A stretch of DNA of 64,000 nt, from the NCBI GenBank assembly GCA_000320545.1, contig ADNK01003025.1:62001-126000 (forward strand). The letters are read 5' to 3'. This DNA comes from Bigelowiella natans CCMP2755. Its lineage: Eukaryota; Protista; Cercozoa. This document shows positions 49,147-61,100 of this stretch, piece after piece. Each line of letters starts with the position of its first letter. The stretch's first letter is position 1. The position numbers were made by a program, and so were the translations under genes. Under the pieces are notes generated by a model. That model worked only from the letters and a program-made list of their open reading frames with translations, was not told the DNA's origin and ran no database searches.

Positions 49147-52100
49147 ACACCCTCGGGCGGGTTACCTTCGGTGGTACACTCACTCACCACATCCAAATTG
49201 AAGACTTCGGAGTGTGGGTTCTTGTAGACAACATCGTGATTGCGGCAATGATGCACACCAATAGTACCGTGACCTTCCAAGGCATGGCAGGAAATGACTT
49301 CTGGAAACCATTGTTCGTTAAGTCTCTTGGAGATGTCATTGTGAATGCACCTGTGAAAACTCGTGAAATAGCAACTGTCTTCACTGACGATGATTGCAGC
49401 AGGAAGGGTGAACTCATCGTTTCTGATACCGGAAGTATGGATGCACGATCGAACCTCACAATCAGGGCAAGTGGAATGCAGATTAATGGATCAGTTCATT
49501 CTGATACAGAACTATTTGTGTACGTATGCTTTGGAGATTCAATCAAAATCGGAGGGCGGAAAGAAGAGGGGGCACAAGTTGTCCTACAAAGATCTGAACT
49601 GAAGAATCTGGGGTCATCGAATGATGTAAATCTCAGAACTCAGTTCGGGACTATCTCAATCCATGAGAGTGAATTCGGAGATTACACCAATATTCAGAAG
49701 CATCTCGTGCTTGATGCACAGCTGGTTCAGTTGAATAGTAGTCTTGATCTGAACTCTCTGCGACTCTTCTCTCAGCAAGGATTCATGGTTCCACACAATA
49801 TCACAGCGAGGAAATCTCTCTATATTGATACGGACTCGTATTGCAACAACTCCGGTACCTTATGGGTGAGAGATAATGCCTACATCCAAGGTAAATATAC
49901 AGATACAAGGTTCAAGGTAACAGATGTGAGGTTAGATGGATATATTAATACTGGTACCAAGAGTACCGTATTCGGATTCTGTCCTGGACACACTCTGGCA
50001 ATTGGAGGAGACATTGACCGACCGCAACTCTTCGGATTGAAGAGAACAGAACTTCAGCATATTTATGCTGAAAACCTTCTCTTTGAAGCAGCTTTGGCCA
50101 ATGTATCTATGTATTACACATATGATTCTGATACGAAGAGGATTCCAGGAACAACTGAAGTACGAGCAGGCCATGTAAGTATTGTTCCTCCCTTCGGAAT
50201 CGAGTATCAAGGCATCAACATCACAGCTACGGCAGGCTTAAATGTGAATGCTGATGTAACAACTAAGAATGGTGATCTCTACCTTGAGGGCGACGAGAAT
50301 GGAGTTGCAAATAGAAAACACGCTATTGTTTTCCACAACTCTACTCTTACCGCAATCGGAGGCTCCATTTATCTACAGCAGACAAAGAATCTTGAAATCG
50401 AAATCCACGCTCCTGGTGCATTCCAAGCGACCAAGGATATCGTGGTGAACGTTCCTTCTCAAATTCTTGGGGAGCAACAATTTAAGATTCATGCTGACAC
50501 AGACCAGGATGGTGTTGGTTTAATTGACATCAAAGCAAATGCAGATATGATGGTCGAAAGCCCAATGGTGACAAATTTCACCATTGAAGCAGCAGATTTT
50601 GAGTTAAGAAGTTTGTTGCACACGCGGCAAGCAGACCTCTACATCGATACCTCAGGCTACCCTGGTTCTACGATGAGACTAAATGGATCGAAGAGCGACT
50701 TCCACATGGATGACTTCGAGCTTGATGCCATCCTTACGTGGTCGTTCCTACGCTACGGTACAGTACAGACGGAGAACATTATTGTCACAGATTACCTATA
50801 TCTGAACTCAGCTCCGATTAAGTTCAAAACTGGTGGAGATCTTAAGTTCTTCGGAACAAGCACCCATCTAAACACCTCCCTCTTAGCTGAAGCTGACTCA
50901 GATATTGTAGTTCAATCAAATCTTGAAGTCATGAAAGAGGTAACAATGATGGCTGACTTCGACTGTACTGGCCAGGGTGATTTCAATATATCATCATTGT
51001 CAGAGATTGATTCCCACGGTTCCGTAATGAAACTTCGGGCACACGACATTGAAAACAAAGGTATTCTCCGTGCAACTGGAAATCACTTGGAGATCTCCGC
51101 TTGTAACGACCATCGAGTAGATGTTGGAGGAGAGTATAACTCTGCCGAAATGTCCCTGAAGGCCAGCGAGATTGATAACATGATCGCTAAAAACCTTACT
51201 ATCGTGATTCCAAGCGGTTTGATGAGAGTGTACAAAATGGACGCTGTTCATACCGCAGATATTGCAACGAAGGTTAATCTCATGGTACACAATGCTTCGC
51301 ATTGGGGTGAGATCAAATTTTTGGAACCAACGGTCTTCAAGTGGCTTCATGCATCCGCTGGAAGAATCGAAGTTCACAAGTCTATTCAGACTTACGTGAA
51401 CGATCTGTACCTACAATCTCTTCTTCCCGGTGTGTCAATGCTCATCGGGCCTAGTGTCAACCTGACTTCAACGGCAACTAGTATTGTTGTTGACAACTAT
51501 GCCAATAACACAATGCTAGTCCACACTCCTACAACTTGGAAGGCAGCTCAGGACGTCCTTCTCACCAGACCTGTAAATGTTACTGGTTCACACCATGTGT
51601 ACTGGAGCAGTGATATGCACAACACTGGAGCTGGTACTCTAAGGATCACGGAAACCTCTAAGGTCGAGGTTACATCAGACGATGTCTCTGAAGTTACTCT
51701 CGTAGGAGCCGATATGGAAATTGATGCTCTTGTACAGGGACACAAGGCCGATGTGTATGTCAAAAACACTTGGTCTGGATTAACGACATTGAGTCTCGGA
51801 AATGTGGCTCAAGGTCTGCACTTGACGAATGTTGAGATGAACTTTTTCGACACCACTGGATCATTAAGATTTGGTGGAGAGTCCACAGAAACACTGAAGG
51901 TGAACAACATCGACTACCTCGGAAGGCCATATGTAGTTCGCTTGCAATCCACGGAAACGGTGAATAGTAGTATTCTGGTTGGTGGCAGCGCAACCTTCCA
52001 CCAAGATTACCTTGAAATCTTTGCCAGAAATAATATTGTGGCTTCTGCCAACGTAACATCTGGAGGTCTGACTACTATCAAATCTGACTATGATTGTAAC

Positions 52101-55100
52101 GGAGTCGGTGATCTCAACATTACAAACTCAAGCGTAGTTCGAACTTTGGATAAGATCCTCAGAATCCAGGCTTACGACATTGATTTGGAAGGAAAGATGA
52201 GCTCAGGATTAGAGTCAACCGAAATCTCCACGTGTACATCACATTTGATCGACTTTGGTGGTAACGGTTTGACAAGCGGATACATGATCATTGATCGCTC
52301 TGAAGTGAATCATATGACAGCAGCAAATCTAACTATTGTTGCAGAGCATGGACACGTGAAAGTTTATGAGCTCAATACGTTCGACACTGAGAATCTACAA
52401 GTTGTGACTATCAACTCAACTGGAACGTATGGATTAGTGTCGTTCGAGGAATCCTCATCTTTCCGACACCTAAGATCGTTCTCAGAGAACACCACGATGA
52501 TTCATGCTGACATTTTCACAACTGAAGGATCAATGTATCTGGATGCAGATACAGAAATTCTCCAGAGCACAATAGATGTCACCGTTGCATCTATCGATAA
52601 GCTTTATCTGCAGAGCATCGGTGTTGGAAAGATTACTTTCACTGCAGGTGCAAATGTGACTGCAAGACAAGGTATGTTCTGGAATGCACCAACCACGGTG
52701 ATGGGCGAAGGATACTTGGTGATCGATGGAGACTCTGACGCAGATGCTGTTGGAACCATCCACATTTCACCAATTACGAATATCAAAATATTGAATACTG
52801 TAGATCAAGTATTCATTGCAGCTGCTGATATGATCCTTGATGGAAGCTTTGATAGTTATTCAAGCGTACTGCAGATCACAGTTACAAACAGCACAGGATC
52901 AACAATGCGTCTTGGTGGAACTCAATCTCATTTCCATTTGACTGATACCGAGATCAACCGCATTTCTCATGCAAACCATTTGATCATTGGTGGAGATCTC
53001 ACTGAAAACATAATAGTCAATGGAATCTCATACACAAAGAATCCTAACATTGTCAGACTTGTTGCTGAGAAGAACGACGAAAGTAATATCACCTTCGAAG
53101 CGACACCATCTACTTTCGTGACATCTCTAAAGCTTGTTGCACATGACAATCTAGTCGTCAACACAAACGTGACAACTAGCAGCGACCTGCAGATTGTCAC
53201 TGACTCAGATTGCAGTGGACAAGGATCTGTTGTAGTAGCGTCCGAATGCATGGTTCAGTCAGGCATACAGACCCTCATCGAGGCACATGATATCGTATTG
53301 TTTGGTATCATCAAGGCCGTTGATATGCCAATCACTATCAAAACGTGTGTTGGCCGAGACATCACAGTTGGAGGAGAAGGGCAGCCACATCATGACCTAG
53401 AAGTAGAGCAGGCAGAGCTTCAACAGCTCCGCAGCACCAACTTGACCTTCCTCACCACGGAGGGAACTATCCGTGTGCACAACATGAAAACAGTTGACAC
53501 CAAGGACATCGTCGGAATTGTGACCTTCAACGCTTCCGGGCAAGCAGGACACATCACCTTCGAGCAAAATGTCCACGTCAAGGGCATGCACGCACTGTCT
53601 TCGAACGGTATCACAATCAACAGTACCCTCACGATGACAGAGTCCAACATGGTAATCAACTCGGACCAATTCCCATCCAGCCAGTATGGTGTCAGAATCC
53701 ATCATGGTATCGGACTGATATCTCAGTACGGTATCATTCTGCTACAGCAGGATAGCGTCACAGCTCAGATCCACCAGACTACTCCTACATACTGGGAGGC
53801 GTCTGAGGGAATGACCGTCGGCGCGCCTGTAGTTGTGGACGGTGTCGGCAGACTTGTCGTCAACACCGACCGCGAGGCTGACGGAAAGGGAACTTTCGTG
53901 CTCGAAGCTACCTCCAACATCACCGTCACATCAGCAGTGGAGCAAGTTCACATTACCGCCGGAGACATCCGATGGGAGTGCCACTTGCAGGCCCTCAACT
54001 CTCCGATCGAGATCCAACCATCTCCATCGAGTGGATCATTGATGGCCCTTGGACTTACTGGAGATGGAGACGGTCTCCACATCAGCGATGTTGAGGCTGA
54101 CCGCATCCATACAACCAACACCTTAACGCTCGGTGGCAACCAAACTGAACGAGTCAAGTTTGACGGACTCACATACACCGACCGCGCAAGCGCAGTGTAC
54201 ATCCTTGCTGATAAGGTTCTTGGGGGTAACGTGACGTTCCACGGCACACCAGTGACCTTTGCTCAGCCGGTGTACATCAAGGTGCGCGACAGCGTCGACA
54301 TGCTCACTAACGTGACCATCAATGGATACACGTCCATCATCCTCGACGCTTGGTGCGAGCATGCAGGCGCTCCTGGGACGCTGTACCTCAGCGCAGGCAA
54401 CTTCCTCACCACACTTGACAACCTCCTCGAGGTGACTGCACGCGATGTAATCCTACATGGTGAGATTCACACAGGTATGGACGACATCATGTTCACCACC
54501 TGCCAGCACAACTCCATCGGAATCGGTGGCACTGGCAACGAGGAAGGATTGATGAACTTCAACCGCACTGAGCTTTCAAACCTCAAGTGTGATGACCTCA
54601 AGTTTGAGACCCCGGCCGGACAGATCAACGTCCATCTGGTTGAGGACCTCGATACTGCACGGGTAACTGGAGCTATCACCTTCAATGCATCCTCTGAGGA
54701 AGGAAAGATCATCTACAACGATGACGCCACCTTCAAAGAGCTGTTCTCCTGGGCCGGAAACGGTACTATCATCAGAAGCAACGTAGAAATCATGTCTACG
54801 GTTGGCGATCTGCTCTTCGAAGGCGATCACGAGAGTGAGAGCATCATCGAAAAGCACATCGATATCGAGTCCCATGTATCTATCCACGCCAAGAGGCACC
54901 TGTTCCTGCAACCATCAGCTACAGGATTCCTACGACTGGCTGTTCCTAGTAACTGGACCGCATGGGAAGGCATGACCGTTTACTCGCCACTCGAAGTAGT
55001 TGGCGCTGGAAAATGGTATGTTGATGCAGACCTCAACAACAACTATACCGGTACTGTGATGTTTGCGACAACCTCGAACGTCACGGTGACAAGTCGCCAG

Positions 55101-58100
55101 GTCTCTGAAATTACGCTCGCAGCTGCAGACATGCAGATGTGGCCGTTCTTCCAAGCCTACATGGCTGACTTGATCATCAAGACCTCCTACACCGTGGACT
55201 CCACGATTGCACTCGGAGCGACATCTGCTCACTTCCACCTGACCGATCGTGAGATGGACAACATCAACACGACGGGTACTATTACCATTGGAGGTGCCGA
55301 CACCAGCAATATCATTGTTGATGGTCTCACCTACAACGGAAGCGCCAGCAAGTTCTACTTGAATGCTATGAGGCAGCGCAACAGTACTATCAAGGTGGTC
55401 GGCTCGGATGTTTGGTTCGTGCAACCAATAGAAATCAATACTCGTGCTGCATTCGACATCGGCGCAAGTGTAGATGTATTGGGAACTATCCGAGTGGATG
55501 CTGATGCAGACTGTATCGCTCCAAGAGCAACCTCGAAGGTATCTGATGGAGTCACCATGACTTCAAACAACCACCATATCTACTGGAGAAGTCACACTCT
55601 CGAGTTGAATGGTCGCTTCGTCGCGGGTAGCATGCCTATCGAATTCTCTATGTGTCCTGGAGGCGCAATTGATATCGGTGGCAACGGCGACGGACTCGCA
55701 CACTTCAGTCTGAATAAGACCGAATTGCAGCACCTCGAATGTACTAACGTGACTTTCGAGACCGTCTCTGGTGACATCGACGTGTACGAGGTTGAAATTA
55801 CTGATACAGAACTCGTGATCGGACACGTGTATCTGAATGCGTCTTCGAACATGGGTAAGATCAACTTCAAGGGCCAGAACGCAGCATTCAAGACTCTCTA
55901 TGCGTATGCAGGAAATGGTACAACCATCTCCTCAAACATCCGCACTACAGAGCATGATTTGATTATTGAGGGAGACCACTCCCACAGTGGTACGGTTCCA
56001 AAGCATATCGACATCCTGGTCCCAGGTCTATCATTGACCTCCGAACAGGCCATGTTGAGACTGCAGCCGGGTGGATCAGGTTTCCTACGCCTTATGGCTC
56101 CTGGAAACTGGACTGCGAAGGATTACATCTCCATGGATGCGCCATTGGATATCCGCGGAAGTGGTGCTCTCGACATCAAGGCCGACAGCGATCACAACGG
56201 ATATGGATATTTCCGTGGTAGCAACATGACGAACCTGAACAGCGATATCACCTTGGTTTCGATCCGTGCTGCTGATGTAGAGTTGTTGGGAAGCTACAAG
56301 ATGCTTCACGCAGACTTTGTGGTGATTCCAACATGGCATCTGCCTGAAGTATCTCTAGGTGCTACGGTAATGCCAGGTCTTCATCTAACCGACCTAGAGC
56401 TCGACTACGTGACGACAAACGCCTCTGTGATCATTGGAAATCATGTAACTCGCAAGATCCACATGGATGGTGTCACTTATGAGAACCCAGCAACTAATTT
56501 TATCATTAGAACTTCTGCTAAATTAGAATCCAATGTTACTGTATCTGGGGGCGCATGTACTTTCTTGCCAATACTGAATATGTCGAGTGGACACTGGACC
56601 AACATCCAAACAGATATCACTGGATATGATGATATCTATATCCAGACAGATATCGATTGTGATACAATCGGAAATCTTTACGTCGGAGCTGGTTCAAAGG
56701 TTTATAGCGCAAAGAGAAGCTACTACACAACAGCCGACATTATCTTGGATGGACGCATTGAGAGCCATGACTCCATCCGTTTCTCAGTCTGCAGTGGTGA
56801 TTCGATTCAGAGCGGCGGGTACACGCAATATGCCCATGTCCATCTTGATAGACATGAATTAGCGCGTTTGGCCACGCAGAATCTAACCATTGCGTCTACG
56901 AACGGTAGAGTGATGATATACAACATGGAAAGTGTTGATACCAAGGATATCAGCGACCATGTCGTTCTAGATGCATCAGGAATTTCCGGTCAAATGGAAT
57001 TCCAAGAAAGAACATTCTTCAAGTCCCTCCATGCAATGTCTGGATTTGGTATGGTTGTCAATGATAACATTACAACTACTGTAGAAGACATTACGATCGA
57101 GAACGTCCACACTATCTTCGAAAACTTTGAGCCTCTTGGTTACAGTGGTGGGTATAAGATCTGTTCGAACTACGCAAGTAGTCCAAAGAACGAATATGTG
57201 TCCACTGCAAACGTAGGAGAGTGTGCCAATTCATGTCTGTCCAAGGGAAGTTGCGATTACTTCACCTGGTTCCCAAGTACTGCAGGTGCAATGGCCAATA
57301 GATGCTATTTGGTCTACGATTGTGGCACTGTTGAGCTAGTAGAGGATGATGTTGCGCAGCTGAAGGGGCAGAGCTACAAGAAACGTTTCGAATGGCAACT
57401 TGCGATGCAGATTGCTGCAGATGACGGCTTTGCCTATGATTCTTATCACTGGCAATCCAACACTTCTACCCTGAATACGAATGCGAACATTTCTGACAAC
57501 GTTAATGCGAAGTTCAGTACCTTCAACTCCGTTCAAACGAGAAGTATTAAGGTTTGCGTCGAAACGTTGAACAACTGTTTCTACCAAGGACTGAGTTACC
57601 CCGTATCTAATATGGCTGAACTCTTTAATGGAGTCTACCAACCGTACACTGTTGACGACGCTAGCATCACATCCGTGATGAATGCGACTGGATTCCGCAA
57701 TTGCCCACCTGTAAAGGCGGGATTCAATATCAAGTATGGCAATAACAAAGCTAGATTTGGTTTCTTCAACAATATTCCATCCCAAGCTTGCAATGTTGTG
57801 AGCGAGGCAGATGGAGTAATTGGAATCGGTATCAACGGAAAAGACTGCTGCCCAGCAGGAGCAGGATACACGAACTACTTCGTGAGCGACTACACCAACA
57901 CTGGGCATCAAGCTTCTAAGAAGGCATGGGTCTTTGTGAGGGAGCATAAGACTAATCCTCTCTGGGATATCATCGTTAAGAACTTTACAACGTGGAAGAG
58001 TGCTCAGCATATTGATCTCCAGGAAAGTACTGAAGGTAGGGTGAAGATCTCGAGTCCATTCGTGTTCCGAGCCAACTCTGGTATCAGGATTACTACTCCT

Positions 58101-61100
58101 GTAGAGGTTTGGGGTACTGGAAAGTTCCTAATCGATAGTAACTTTGATGCTGATGGTCATGGAGTGCTAAACATGAGACCGACATCTAATTTTACTGTCA
58201 TGACTTCCGAAGTTACACACGTTACGGTCAGTGCCTCAGACTGGATCCTTGATAGTCATTTCGATGCAAAGCATGCTGATCTTTGGATTGAAAACTCCAA
58301 CTCTGGTAACTCAACCATGAGACTTGGAGGACCTGGTCCGGACTTCCACCTCACTGATAGCGAAATCGATAGAATCAGCACAACAATGACTGTTCAGTAT
58401 GGTGGAGATCGCACAGAACGAATCATCTTGAATGGAGTTTCGGATTCCTCATCTTCGAGAGAAATTCAGCTCATTGCAAGAAAGAACAGTAAAAGCAATG
58501 TAACCTTCGAGGTTACACCTTCGACATACGTTCAGCCTCTCAAGATCATTACTACAAGCAACTTGGTAGTGAACACAAACGTATCCACAACTGACAAGAT
58601 CCATGTCGTTCAAGACTCTGATTGTAGCGGACAAGGATCTGTTGTAGTAGCGTCCGAATGCATGGTTCAGTCAGGCATACAGACCCTCATCGAGGCACAT
58701 GATATCGTATTGTTTGGTATCATCAAGGCCGTTGATATGCCAATCACTATCAAAACGTGTGTTGGCCGAGACATCACAGTTGGAGGAGAAGGGCAGCCAC
58801 ATCATGACCTAGAAGTAGAGCAGGCAGAGCTTCAACAGCTCCGCAGCACCAACTTGACCTTCCTCACCACGGAGGGAACTATCCGTGTGCACAACATGAA
58901 AACAGTTGACACCAAGGACATCGTCGGAATTGTGACCTTCAACGCTTCCGGGCAAGCAGGACACATCACCTTCGAGCAAAATGTCCACGTCAAGGGCATG
59001 CACGCACTGTCTTCGAACGGTATCACAATCAACAGTACCCTCACGATGACAGAGTCCAACATGGTAATCAACTCGGACCAATTCCCATCCAGCCAGTATG
59101 GTGTCAGAATCCATCATGGTATCGGACTGATATCTCAGTACGGTATCATTCTGCTACAGCAGGATAGCGTCACAGCTCAGATCCACCAGACTACTCCTAC
59201 ATACTGGGAGGCGTCTGAGGGAATGACCGTCGGCGCGCCTGTAGTTGTGGACGGTGTCGGCAGACTTGTCGTCAACACCGACCGCGAGGCTGACGGAAAG
59301 GGAACTTTCGTGCTCGAAGCTACCTCCAACATCACCGTCACATCAGCAGTGGAGCAAGTTCACATTACCGCCGGAGACATCCGATGGGAGTGCCACTTGC
59401 AGGCCCTCAACTCTCCGATCGAGATCCAACCATCTCCATCGAGTGGATCATTGATGGCCCTTGGACTTACTGGAGATGGAGACGGTCTCCACATCAGCGA
59501 TGTTGAGGCTGACCGCATCCATACAACCAACACCTTAACGCTCGGTGGCAACCAAACTGAACGAGTCAAGTTTGACGGACTCACATACACCGACCGCGCA
59601 AGCGCAGTGTACATCCTTGCTGATAAGGTTCTTGGGGGTAACGTGACGTTCCACGGCACACCAGTGACCTTTGCTCAGCCGGTGTACATCAAGGTGCGCG
59701 ACAGCGTCGACATGCTCACTAACGTGACCATCAATGGATACACGTCCATCATCCTCGACGCTTGGTGCGAGCATGCAGGCGCTCCTGGGACGCTGTACCT
59801 CAGCGCAGGCAACTTCCTCACCACACTTGACAACCTCCTCGAGGTGACTGCACGCGATGTAATCCTACATGGTGAGATTCACACAGGTATGGACGACATC
59901 ATGTTCACCACCTGCCAGCACAACTCCATCGGAATCGGTGGCACTGGCAACGAGGAAGGATTGATGAACTTCAACCGCACTGAGCTTTCAAACCTCAAGT
60001 GTGATGACCTCAAGTTTGAGACCCCGGCCGGACAGATCAACGTCCATCTGGTTGAGGACCTCGATACTGCACGGGTAACTGGAGCTATCACCTTCAATGC
60101 ATCCTCTGAGGAAGGAAAGATCATCTACAACGATGACGCCACCTTCAAAGAGCTGTTCTCCTGGGCCGGAAACGGTACTATCATCAGAAGCAACGTAGAA
60201 ATCATGTCTACGGTTGGCGATCTGCTCTTCGAAGGCGATCACGAGAGTGAGAGCATCATCGAAAAGCACATCGATATCGAGTCCCATGTATCTATCCACG
60301 CCAAGAGGCACCTGTTCCTGCAACCATCAGCTACAGGATTCCTACGACTGGCTGTTCCTAGTAACTGGACCGCATGGGAAGGCATGACCGTTTACTCGCC
60401 ACTCGAAGTAGTTGGCGCTGGAAAATGGTATGTTGATGCAGACCTCAACAACAACTATACCGGTACTGTGATGTTTGCGACAACCTCGAACGTCACGGTG
60501 ACAAGTCGCCAGGTCTCTGAAATTACGCTCGCAGCTGCAGACATGCAGATGTGGCCGTTCTTCCAAGCCTACATGGCTGACTTGATCATCAAGACCTCCT
60601 ACACCGTGGACTCCACGATTGCACTCGGAGCGACATCTGCTCACTTCCACCTGACCGATCGTGAGATGGACAACATCAACACGACGGGTACTATTACCAT
60701 TGGAGGTGCCGACACCAGCAATATCATTGTTGATGGTCTCACCTACAACGGAAGCGCCAGCAAGTTCTACTTGAATGCTATGAGGCAGCGCAACAGTACT
60801 ATCAAGGTGGTCGGCTCGGATGTTTGGTTCGTGCAACCAATAGAAATCAATACTCGTGCTGCATTCGACATCGGCGCAAGTGTAGATGTATTGGGAACTA
60901 TCCGAGTGGATGCTGATGCAGACTGTATCGCTCCAAGAGCAACCTCGAAGGTATCTGATGGAGTCACCATGACTTCAAACAACCACCATATCTACTGGAG
61001 AAGTCACACTCTCGAGTTGAATGGTCGCTTCGTCGCGGGTAGCATGCCTATCGAATTCTCTATGTGTCCTGGAGGCGCAATTGATATCGGTGGCAACGGC

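Noticed and set aside
49069-49131. Small GT-AG intron explaining the frameshift (pyrimidine-rich tract ending ...CCTTGCAG at 49131)
   Set aside because: Donors at 49069 and 49081 give 63- and 51-nt introns that keep the frame and still hit the stop. The donor at 49094 (38 nt) fixes the frame but would remove the conserved GG...FHL motif. RNA-seq would settle it.
49144-49250. Two separate genes (stop at 49146, new start at ATG 49248) or TGA readthrough
   Set aside because: The repeat consensus is continuous in frame +3 from 49113, upstream of that ATG, and there is no intergenic sequence. The downstream coding frame differs from the TGA's frame, so readthrough would not help.
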